This document shows positions 37,027-48,355 of a stretch of 64,000 nucleotides of DNA, piece after piece; the stretch's first letter is position 1, and each line of letters starts with the position of its first letter. Both the position numbers and the translations under genes were made by a program. The notes beneath the pieces are model-generated. The model was not told the DNA's origin. It did not search any database and was given only the letters and a program-made list of their open reading frames with translations. Source of the DNA: Marsupella aquatica (Eukaryota > Plantae > Marchantiophyta); assembly GCA_973895155.1 (NCBI GenBank), contig OZ316893.1, positions 8,681,839-8,745,838 of the forward strand. Direction: 5' to 3'.

Positions 37027-38547
37027 TCACAACTTAGAAGTCTGAGCTAATCGCTTCTTCAAGTCTTCTGCAACTGCGTCGATGAATTCCTCTGTATTCA
37101 GATAATCCTCCCTCTTAAACTTGGGACCATGTACAAGGAGAGCAAGATCCTTGGTGAATTTTCCTGCTTCCACGGTTCCGACACAAGAACCTTCAAGTTT
37201 CTCTGCAAACTCGGCTAGCTGTGGATTGCCATCAAGCAAAGCCCTGTGGGCAAGTCCTCTAGTCCAAGCAAAAATTGAAGCTATACTATTTGTGCTCGTT
37301 TCACCACCCTTTTGGTGTACCCTGTAATGTCTTGTCACGGTCCCATGAGCAGCCTCAGCCTCAAGAGTTTTTCCATCAGGGGCCATCAGCACAGATGTCA
37401 TCAGGCCGAGAGACCCAAATCCTTGGGCAAGCATATCACTCTGCACATCACCATCATAATTCTTGCAAGCCCACACATAGCCACCATCACTCTTGACTGC
37501 ATATGCCACCATATCATCAATAAGACGATGCTCATACCAGATCCCTGCTTCCTTGAACTTCATCTGATACTCGGCCTCAAAAACCTCTTGAAAGATATCC
37601 ATAAATCTACCATCATATTTCTTCAAGATGGTGTTCTTTGTGCTCAAATAAAGAGGCCATCCCTTGGAAAGAGCCATGGTCATGGAGGACTTAGCAAAAG
37701 CACGAATTGACTCATCAGTATTGTACATGGCAAGACCAACTCCTCCTTCACCTTTGAACTGAAACACTTCCAGGTCGATTGTTTCTCCATTCTCTGGAAC
37801 AAACACCATTCTCAGCTTCCCTGGTCCCTTGATGACAAGATCGGTTGCTCTGTACTGGTCTCCAAACGCATGCCTCCCAATGCAAATTGGAATTGTCCAA
37901 CCAGACACCAGCCTGGGAATATTCTTACACAAAATGGGCTCCCGGAATACGGTCCCGTTCAATATATTCCGTATCGTTCCATTAGGGCTCCTCCACATGG
38001 CCTTCAACCCAAACTCCTTGACTCGGCCCTCGTCAGGAGTAATTGTCGCACACTTCACAGCAACATTGTATTTTAGGGTTGCCTCCGCGCTCTCCACTGT
38101 CACTCGATCCTCCGTGGCGTCACGATTCGTGATTCCGAGATCGAAGTACTTCAAATCCACGTCCACAAATGGAAAAATTAGCTTCTCCTTGATCATCTGC
38201 CAGATGATTCTCGTCATCTCGTCTCCATCCATCTCCACGATGGGATTCTGGACCTTAATCTTCTCAAACCCCATGACTCCCGAGCGAACACCAGCAGCTG
38301 CAGAGATGGGTCGAAGCCCCCTTTTCGCCAGCAAAGGAAGAGAACTATTTTGACTGAATTTCACCCCCGCAGGCCTCAAACAGATTCCTCTCGTACTCTG
38401 GAGAAGGGCATCGAGAGAAGAAGAACAGGACCATGACGACGACGACAACGAAGAAGAAGATCCTCCCCAAGAGCGCGACGATGTGCTCGAGAAACAACTC
38501 GAGATCATTTTTGCAATGTGCCTGATGTTGCGGTTTCCGTAAGCCAT
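37027..38547 (-). CDS. ICDH: NADP-dependent isocitrate dehydrogenase, intronless, with N-terminal transit-like peptide and C-terminal SKL
   Basis: [95 protein letters not shown] and [14 protein letters not shown] in one 506-aa ORF. Confidence 0.97.
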   Translation of the reverse strand: MAYGNRNIRHIAKMISSCFSSTSSRSWGGSSSSLSSSSWSCSSSLDALLQSTRGICLRPAGVKFSQNSSLPLLAKRGLRPISAAAGVRSGVMGFEKIKVQNPIVEMDGDEMTRIIWQMIKEKLIFPFVDVDLKYFDLGITNRDATEDRVTVESAEATLKYNVAVKCATITPDEGRVKEFGLKAMWRSPNGTIRNILNGTVFREPILCKNIPRLVSGWTIPICIGRHAFGDQYRATDLVIKGPGKLRMVFVPENGETIDLEVFQFKGEGGVGLAMYNTDESIRAFAKSSMTMALSKGWPLYLSTKNTILKKYDGRFMDIFQEVFEAEYQMKFKEAGIWYEHRLIDDMVAYAVKSDGGYVWACKNYDGDVQSDMLAQGFGSLGLMTSVLMAPDGKTLEAEAAHGTVTRHYRVHQKGGETSTNSIASIFAWTRGLAHRALLDGNPQLAEFAEKLEGSCVGTVEAGKFTKDLALLVHGPKFKREDYLNTEEFIDAVAEDLKKRLAQTSKL

Positions 38548-39308
38548 GAAGAATGAAGGTGTCGCGGTTTGATACGTCGATCAGTTTTTGGGCGAGAGGT
38601 CGAATTCAGAGAAGTCGAACTGAAGGTTTACTGGTATATTCCCAGTCAGAGTTTTTCCTTTAAGGTGCCTATGTGGCGGCACTCCATTTGCTTCCCCGAG
38701 GAGGTGGTGGCACCCTCATGGAACCGGCTCTGGGGACGGGTGGCAATTTCTCCCCGCGGAAGGTCTTTACTATGAGCAAGAGTTGAATCAAGTAATTCTA
38801 CATCAAAATGTGACAAAATATGGTGTTCTGTGTCACTCCATACCCTCATAAACCCAATTATTTTGTTTACATCATTGAGTGTTACTTTTAATGAGTATGA
38901 TTGTGTTGGTTTATGATGTGCAATTTCTGGGACACAGCGCGCAAAAGTTGCCCCCATGGTTGCGCTTCAGGCCCCAGTCCAGAGTACTTTGTCGCACTTT
39001 GGGCCCGATAAATGCTGGACATGGTTGCGCCCTTACGCCCCAACAAGGCTATGGACTGTGTGAAATTGGATGCAGGTTAGGTGGTTGACCCTGGTTACTT
39101 GGCAGGCCAATGGAAATGCAGCAGTGGTCAAGTGGTTGGGTTAGAGGTAACCGATACAGTTTGTGGGTCAGTATACTAATTTTTTTAGTTTTGGGGCAGG
39201 TTTGTAATAAGGACCAGTTTGGGGGTATTTTAGTAAAAATCCGTTTTTGCCAAAGCAATATCTGGAGGGTGACTTCTTGTTCTAAAGATACACTCTAGAC
39301 CCAAAAAG

Positions 39309-39649
39309 AAATGAATGAATCTCAGTACATGCAAATCCTTTGAAAGAAGTAGCAAAAGTTTTTGAAAATGTGACAAAATGAATGAAATTCAGTACATGCA
39401 AATCCTTCGAATGAAGTAGCAAAAGTTTTTGAAAATGTTTGACAAAATGAATGAAATTCAGCACATGCAAATCCTTTGAATGAAGTAGCAAAAGTTTTTG
39501 AAAATGTTTGATAAATGAGTGAAATTCAGTACATGCAAATCCTTTCAATGAAGTAGTAAAAGCTTTTGAAAATGTTTGACAAAATGAATGAAATTCAGTA
39601 CATGCAAATCATTTCAATGAAGTAGCAAAAGTTTTTGTAAATGTTTGAC
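39309..39649. repeat. Minisatellite, about 69-bp unit, about 5 copies
   Basis: aaaatgaatgaaattcagtacatgcaaatcctttgaatgaagtagcaaaagtttttgaaaatgtttgac is repeated. Confidence 0.92.
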
Positions 39650-42600
39650 CGCCTCTGAGGGCACAACATCTAGACAACATGTACATCAGCGTTTTCTTGG
39701 GCCCTCCATTTGCTATGCACAATAGGTAGACAAAACAGCTTAAGGGGCCCTCAAGTTGTTGTAAAGCCAACTACATCTGTTTCTACTTGAGATTATGCAG
39801 TCCAGCTTAATCTCAGAAAGAATATTAGAAAGAAATAATGAGCCCGACTTATATTGTGAAGCCACCCTTAGAGGGAGGAATTAGGGTGGGGATTACCCAG
39901 GGGACTGGGGAAGATTAGTGGCAAATGCACTGGGGCTAGGTCATAATTTGGCGACCTTAGTGGGTTTTTCAATTTTTTGAAAGTGAAATTTATGAAACCC
40001 TACAGAAGGGAACACTTAGTCACAACATTTGAACCAAACACTTATCGGTCTCCACTTAAGTAAGCTAACATGCAATCATGCCTCTCTGGGCACTTCCTTG
40101 TTTGTAAAAGTCACAGAGGGTATTACCAACAGGGCAGTTGATTTACAAAGGCAAACTTTTGAGTGCTGTACCGGCTGGTTGTGGTTTAGCCTTGTTTGGT
40201 GCTGCTTGTGTGGCAGTTTGTTCTGGGTTTGTTGTGTTTCCCCCTTGCCTGCTGCCTCATCCAACAATAGGAAATCAAAAAAGCCACTAGGTTTAGGGAT
40301 GGGTTCCATGCAGCAAGGGTGTATACATCCGAAGAGTATGAATGCATCTGTGCAGTTGTTGTTTTCAGCACAGGCAATCGAAACCAATCCAATGGTGCTG
40401 GAAAAAACAGCTGGGTGGGGAGTGTGAGGTCCCTTGACTCTCCTTGCCCTCTCTCCTTACTGGGACCTGTAGTTGCTGCTGACCGAACCTAATCGAGTGT
40501 TCACATTGCAGCCTACCCCTAAGTATAATTTGTTTTTCACTCCCTGTACAATTGGACACTTGTCACAGTTTCAGGAAGCCCCACTTGTCTGGCCATCCCT
40601 CCTGCACAGCACGTAGCATTAGGGTCGGGTTTTGGTGAAACTAGCCCAAATAGCCCCCCACTCCCATGCCTTTCTTTACTCACGAGCATACTCTAAAAAT
40701 AACAACTTTTGGTGTTACCAGAGAAATTAATGCCTAGGGCTTCTATGAATGGTAAACTTCAATTCTTGTGAATCATCATAAAGAAGATAGATCATGAAGG
40801 GTATTCTTTGACTTCGAATTGTAACATTTGAATGGCCAATAAACTTGGGAATGTGAGTTATAGTACAGATTGGCCAACCAAATTCCCCAGCTCCCAATTA
40901 ATTTTATGTGAGGGTGAGGGGCGTGCTTTCTTCAGGGGCCACCATGAAAAACGGACTCGTGATGCCCAAGACTTTTGGCTTAGTTCTCTTGAATGTAGAA
41001 CTGGAGCATTCAATTGCTCTCAAAATGTGACACCCGTCCCCAGTGTACACTATAAAATGAACGTGAAGGGTCGACACCCTATTGGGCTGGTGCTCGGGAG
41101 CAAGGTTTATGTTGGTCTTCTCTGTAGTGGAGCAAGGATCGCTCGTATCCCAATTACAGAGAGATCCCGGTTCACGAACAAGCCGTTTCTCGCTGATAAA
41201 TCATGACAACATGACAGAACCACGACTGGTGAGGAGGACAGACAATGTGTGGGAACGCGAGCACCCAGACAAAATACAACATTTCTTTGGCCGACAATGA
41301 GCATCTGTAACAGTACAAAATCTTGGTGGAGTCTCGAGAAACCTCATGCGGAGGAGAGCTAGTGGAGAAATTGTTACAGTAGCTATGAGAGTAATACAAA
41401 AGACCTTTGGAAGTATGTAAGTGCCTACGAAAGTGTATGGATTGTTTTCATCTCAGAAAAACATTCCTTCCTGGCCTTTCTACAGTCAGTGAAAGAATCG
41501 TGTCGATCGAGCTTCGTTGTGTTCTTGAGGTGTTTCTGCTTGATGTTCGATCCACTGACCCTTAGAGTAGTCTCTTGAGTCAGGCTAGGCCTCAAAGTTC
41601 GTAAACTTAAGGGCCTCGGTTGATGTTACGCTACGTACACTTTGATGCTTTGATGTACTTCATGTAGGAATGAAAAGCCGTGGCTACATCAAAGTACGCT
41701 GTTTAATTTGACAGTTTGGCGAAAACCTTCCAGAGGATTCGGTGGCTAGGAATACGAACTACTGCGATTGACGGCATGCCATGACCTGTAATTCCAACTC
41801 CTCTGTGGGTATCTAGGGAGGAAGCGATCAGACCAAGTTACTCTTTCAAAATGCAAATTTTTGTCATCTTGAGCGAACGATCGAGTTGGTTGATGGCAAA
41901 AGAACTGTGATAAAGAAACTGTGATTATAACTCAGTGCTTGTAATTTGGTTATATGGCTGAGATTTATTGAACTGACCCATGGTTGCACCTGTAGATGGG
42001 AAGCCGATGCTTCAAGTGTTGATGTGCCTACTTTGCAATTCTTTCGAACATTGTTTAAAGACGTCACCTTTTGAATGCCTTTATAAACTAGGGTTCTAGT
42101 GAACAGTGGCAGAACTGCAGATTCTGGAAGATCCCTGACTCGCGGCTTCCGAATAAATTTACGTAACTGCCAGCTGCTGTGCGCGCACAACACACTCAGG
42201 ATTTAGAGCTCGGTCCTGCCTCCTTCCAGTGCTTCGAGACTTTAATTAACAGCTCAAAGATAATTTCAGGTGCTTTAATTGCGAGTGCGAGTCACTCCTG
42301 TTAGGAATAACTTTGCTTTCAGGAAGTTCAGGGGCTAGTCCACCGTCCTCTCCAAGAATATCCATGGGGTTGTGGTGGTGCTCCGAGAATCCGGAGTGAC
42401 CGACCAGACGATTAGTGAAGCAAATTCCACGTGCACGATATGGGTGACCTTTCAGACCAGGTCCAGTTCACAAGTCCACTTTTTTGGAGAGGTTAGACAG
42501 TAGAGATGCCGCGCAGGATGGTAGGTCCAAACTAGAGTGGGTAGGATTGCTGACTGTGAACTCTCAGCCCCGTAGTGAATCCGATAGGAGCCATGCATCC

Positions 42601-44616
42601 GACCAACCAGGACAGCGAACTCCCAACGGCTGAAATAGGTGCCGGTACCGATCATTTTTGGAATTACGTCAGACGTCCTCAGACACAAGGTACCTTTCAC
42701 ATCCCAAACGTGATTGTTTGTGATTTCATAAGTTCAGATCAATTGTACCATAGAACCGATGGCCGGAATGAATGAAATATAGAGTGAAGCCTCAGTTCAC
42801 CACATCACGTAATACAGGAAAGGAATATTTAGGATTGTAATCAGAACGTGCCGTCGAGCTCGCGTTTCTAAGCAGGGGAGAGGTAGAACTGGAGAGAAGT
42901 ACGGGGGCTAGGTCGGCCTTCTGTCCCCAGTCGAAGTGTCAAATCTATTGATTGCATCTGTGCATGTCCACTTCGCGTTAAGTCTCCACCGCCCAAATTT
43001 GAATGGAATAAAATAAGTGTACGAATTGAAGCATTTTCTATGGCACCTTTTGCGTATATATGTTAATGATCTGAGCAACAAAATAATATATCTATGCATT
43101 GTTGAATGGTCTCGTCTAATAAGGTTAGTTTCTCATGGCCGCTGCACCAGTAGTTTGTAGGCTGGTACAGTCTCTGACATCCTACATTAGTTGTCGAGGA
43201 AACAGATTGTTTATTTTAGAAAAGGGCTGGTCAAGCAGGGTGCTACAGTGTCCAGATCGATCCTCTTTGGAACACCTAAAGCTTAAGACTATATTCCACA
43301 CCACAGTACTCATTCGCCAAAAAACAAGGGCCACAGACAACATGAGGATAGATCGGCAATCTGAGAATCTGTACATGCTTGGTACCATTCCGACGGTTTC
43401 ACCGGACATATGTGCGGGGCAACTCCTCTCCGGTTGAGAGATCATTATTGGCTGAGAAATCCAATGATGACACGAACTGTAGAACTATTCCTTGAAACCG
43501 ATGAAGACATTATCGATGAATCTGAATCTATATACAGTAGACGGCACTGAGTAATGAATTAATAAGTGAAACGTTCCTTTCCCCCCTCCCCCCCCACCGG
43601 CAAAAAACAATCATTGACAAACAAGAAACTGTAACCGGGAAAGACGCAAGGATACTCATGGATACAGTGCATTACTGAAGGAGTTGGACGTGATACTTGT
43701 GTCTAAGGAAAACCAAACCAAACCAAACAAAAGAATTTCAGAAGCATTCAACTGTTAAAGGAGGCTCCTCGGATAGTGTAGATGGCAGACAACTGAGCCC
43801 ATTTCAGAGCTACTATTTCCCCAGGAGGGTTCTTACATCCACTGTCGAGACCTTCTCGATGGTACTGGACGAGATCTGGTTCCTTCATTCAGGGACCAAA
43901 TGTTCCTTATCTTCAAACTACTGTAATAACGTCTGCCTATATCACACTGAATGGTCTTCTAGAACATTTGCTGGGGGCATCAATCCAACTGGCAGGACTA
44001 CTCTATAGACGCAGCGGTTTCGGCTGCTATCGGTATACATGGAGCTCAAAGAGATCTCTTTGAATCCTCGCCCACTAGTATCAGCGTCGTTTTAGTGAAC
44101 GTCCAGATGACTCCGGAGTTTTCGGAAGATCCCTACTTCTGTTCAATCTATGTAGCTGCCAATGTGGTCGGACGGACATACTATAGTCGGTGCGGGAAGG
44201 GTGCCCCTGTAACATCATTCCCTCGGTAGGGAGCAGCAACCCTCACATCCCTCTTGATTGCGAATGTTTTCAAAGCGGAACTCTTTCTATCCTCGATCGG
44301 TGTCAGGTTCTCTGCGCCGGATCAAATCAAATCAAATCAAATCAAATCGAATCGAATGAACCCGTAGCACCGACTCAAGCTCGTCAAATTGTTACCCCGT
44401 ATAGAATTCTTTCGGAGGGTCCAGGCAACCTGGGGAGGTGGTCGAACTCCTACATTGCATTGGAACATCTTTCGAGCATATTGCGTCCCTCCTAGAACAT
44501 GATTATGACACCATTTGGCTGGCTGGCTGCTCGTCATTAGCAAGTTGCCACAGTGAACTCTCGCTCCCCAGTGAGTCCAACTGGAGCCATCATTCTGACC
44601 AACTAAGACAGTTTAA

Positions 44617-46440
44617 GGAGACGAGTCCCTGGAACAGCATTAACTGTACCTCGGGACTCCCCCACAGCCTACCGGAAGGAGCACCCTGAGTGCACCCTGA
44701 GTTTCCCCCTTTTTGCACTCATCTCTTTTCAGGCCATGACCTTACACTAGCTGCCCCTGGCTCCCTCTCAATTAGAGACTTAACTTAATTCAACATTCTT
44801 ATCCCCTCTTGTGTAGTGCCTTTTTCCTTTGCATCTGTTGGTGGAAGTGTTTGTTTAAATTTCTTGGGTTCCATGGAGGCAATCTTTTGAAAGTAGTTGA
44901 CATTCTATTTAAATTTCTTGAACTCCATGGAGAGTTCCCGGGTATTATCCCGGTTTTGGAAAAATAAATTAAATAATTCTTGGACTCCATGGAGGCAATC
45001 ATTTGACAGTAGATGACACATTTTGACCCGCTTTGCAAAGTCCGGCCATAGTCTAGTTGTAGTCATTGATTTATGAGGGGTTGATTATTTAGTGGAAGAT
45101 CACCTGAGCTCAACCTCTTGCCACCAAATTCTTCCTCAGTTCATCCTTGTATTCCACGCCTAGCTTCCAGATGGGTAACAAATGCATTCATGCCTAGCTT
45201 GTAATTGTGCCTAACTTTGTAACCTTTATGGGAGCCTGAGCACTTTGAGTCTGTAATCATGCATTTTTGAGACCATACTTATATTTCAGATGTAAGATAC
45301 AAGGGGGTTGAAACCAAAATGATCTATCAAATTCAAAAAAAATGGAGATAATCATTTCAGATGTAAACTGCAGTAGTCATAGTTACTGCTCAAGCCTTAG
45401 AATAAAGAAAAATGGCGACCCATTTGTTTTTCTTTTTAATTCTAATGAATGGAGATGATATACTAATGTATCCAATTTTAAAAACATTTGGCTGATAAAG
45501 TGCTCAAGAAAGAATCAAAGTTATAACCATCAGTAAATTCGTACCCTTGTGGACGTTTGTAAAACTCTACAGTACTACTGTGGAGAAATTCAGGAAGTAT
45601 TAAAGAAATGAATATATCAGAAAATCAAAATTGCTATTATATTCATCATTACACTGACTTTCAAAAGAGACATTGTTTCAAAATCCAATTTGATGATTGA
45701 ATTGAAAATTGGTTTTCCTAGGGAGTTGGTTCTACAATAGTTTAGCCGTATGAGTAGGTGATAATTTTTAATTTTCTCATTTTTTCAGGTTTTGGGATTA
45801 GCAATGGTGTATGTTCTTTTGAGTTTAGTGTTTGTGCTCCCTTGAAATACGAAAGTTACAAAGTTAGGCACAATTACAAGTTAGACATGAATGCATTTGT
45901 TACCCATCTGGAAGGTGTGGAATACAACGATGAACTGAGGAAGAATTTAGTAGCAAGAGTTTGAGCTCAGGTGATCTTGCACTGAATAATCAACCCCTCA
46001 TAAATCAAAGACTAAAAGACTGGGGCCGGACTTTGCAAAACGGGTCAAAATGTGTCATCTACTGTCAAACAATTGCCTCCATGGAGTCCCAAAAAAAATT
46101 ATTTTTTTTTCAAAACCAGGACAATACCTGGGAACTCTCCATGGAGTCCAAAAAATTTAAATAGAATGTCAGCTATTGTCAAAAGATTGCCTCCATGGAG
46201 TCCAATAAATTTAAACAAACACTCCCACAAACACATGCAAGGGAAAAAGACACTACACTAGAGTAATAAGAATGTTGCATTAAGTTAAGTTTCTAATTGA
46301 GAGGGAGTCCGGGGAAGCGAGAGTAAGGTCATGGCCTGAAAAGAGATAGGTGCAAAAAGGGGAAAACTCAGGGCGTTCCCTCCGGTAGGTTGTGGGGAAG
46401 TCCCGAGGTACACTTAATGCTGTTCCAGGGACTCGTCTCC
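44617..46440. mobile_element. Non-autonomous foldback DNA element with ~600-bp inverted arms
   Basis: 44617-45226 is the reverse complement of about 45851-46440 (ggagacgagtccctggaacagcattaa... / ...ttaatgctgttccagggactcgtctcc). Flanks are TTAA (left) and TTGA (right). Confidence 0.85.
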
Positions 46441-47819
46441 TTGAATCTAAGACAGCAAGTGAGCAAACACCCACTGTTTGGATAGAATTTGATATGAATC
46501 CCCGCTCGCTTACTTGCTGGCTTGCACGCCGTAAATGGGGCCGTAAATAATTGTGGCTTTACAAGAGTTGGGGCAGTTGGAACGTTTCCTCACTAATGAA
46601 CAGGAAAGTGTAGAGGCACTTTGTGTGGAGATTTGAAGGGGCCAAATTTTGGAATAAAATAAGCACTTCCCATGAGCATTTACTTTGGTTTACTTTGGTT
46701 GACAAAGTTCTAGAATGAGACTCCAAGCTCTTGATCACATGAGCTGATTTTAGTGGCTAAGATTTGCCAAATTCCACCCCCAGAAAACTTTAGTCATTTT
46801 CGGCAAGTTGCTAGTATTTTTCTGTGTCACTAGCCAGCTTTCCACCTAATCACAAGTCACATTAGCCAGAATCTTATGCATAATCCTTAAATCTAGGGAG
46901 ATCTGACAATCAGGAAAATAATCAGATAAGGAATATTTTGAGTATCTTCTCTTTGACACAATATTTTGAGCATGTTCTCCTTCACACACCCGACATTTGC
47001 CACTCTGGCTAAAAGTAAAAACCTTAAAAAATACATTGGCTGGAATCATCTTCATTCATAATAGGCACATTAATCTAAAGTGAGGGGGGCTTCACCAGAA
47101 CTAGAAGACAAAGTTTGAGGAGCCACTTGGGTTTTACTGACCAAAAAGGTGGTCACCTAGTGCATTTCAACGTGTACTGAGCTAATGAGACGAGAGCTAC
47201 TGTAGAGGTCCTTCGAAAGTACCAACTCAAGAGGTGCTCTAAATTTTGGCCAAAGCTGTACAGTCCACATTAGAATTTGGGGGGGATCAGCTCCCCTCCA
47301 TGTAGGATTGGGTGAATATAAGACAGGGAGATTTCTTGTCGAAATTATCTCTCAATGTCATGTAAAGCCCAAGTGGAATGTCACTTGATGAATTATTGTG
47401 ATGAGATGTGAAAGCAAAATCTTGAAAGTGACCCGTCATTTGCTGTCTAGTCTTTGTTTCAAAAGCCCCCAAAATAGAAAAGAAGACATTGGGCCCCCAT
47501 GCATTGTAAAGCCACCCTAATAGCTACCATAGTCCTATCTTGGTCACTATCTTGGTCACATCTTTTATTGCGAAAAGTTAGTTTAAACCAGTTCAACTTG
47601 CTTCTAGACTTTTGCAGGTGGTCATTTCTATTTTCCAAGCAGAAAAATATATATGGGTCTACTTTATTGTCTATTTGGCTGACATCATTCTAGTAAGAAC
47701 ATGTGTACCCAGCCTCACATTTGCCTCATATGAAGCTATTCGGGCTATTAGTATCTCTCTAGTGTAAAACCCCAAATTTCCAAAAGCTGCACAGTTCATG
47801 TTTCATCAATTAACTTCAA

Positions 47820-48355
47820 TCAGCTTTTACTTAACCTATCCCCCCACACTGACAGGAATTATCAACCTCTCCCCCAACTATTTTAATTCCTAAGTTGACC
47901 CCCTTTTCAAATATGGGTTACTCTAAATCTTGTATTTAAGCTAAGGTAATTCCACAAGTCATTACTCGCCTGCAATGTGGCAAGGCACTATTCAACATGC
48001 CAACCCGGGCTGATTCTTCCCTAACCCAGGCTGACTCACTCCCATTATGACAATGTAGGGAGTACCTGGCCGGCAAAGGGAAGGAAGGGCCTGCATTTGC
48101 AGGTAAGTCGGTCAGGGCTGCCTCAGCGCAATGCAAGGGAGCCAGCCTGATACTCTCTAATTTGTAAAAATGGGTTAGTCCAGGTTAGGGTAGACCAGCC
48201 AGGGTATTGGGTGGAAAATAACACCTTGTCATGTGGCAGGCAAACAATGCGGAATGACCTTGGGTTAAGTAGAGGGGTTAGATTAACCAATATTCAAACA
48301 AGGGACAAGTTGTTAATGACCGTAAGTGTGAAGGACAGGTTAGTAAAATGCTATA
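47820..48355. mobile_element. Degenerate MITE-like inverted repeat
   Basis: cttttacttaacctatcccccacact...aaggtaattcc..gcctgc..caaggcactatt is mirrored by aataacaccttg..gcaggc..ggaatgacctt...agtgtgaaggacaggttagtaaaa. Confidence 0.4.

Noticed and set aside
37829-38353. 174-aa plus-strand ORF
   Set aside because: Antisense shadow of the ICDH coding sequence.
40000-44600. Many short ORFs in moderately GC-rich DNA
   Set aside because: No recognisable motifs or consistent exon structure by eye. A BLASTX search would be needed.
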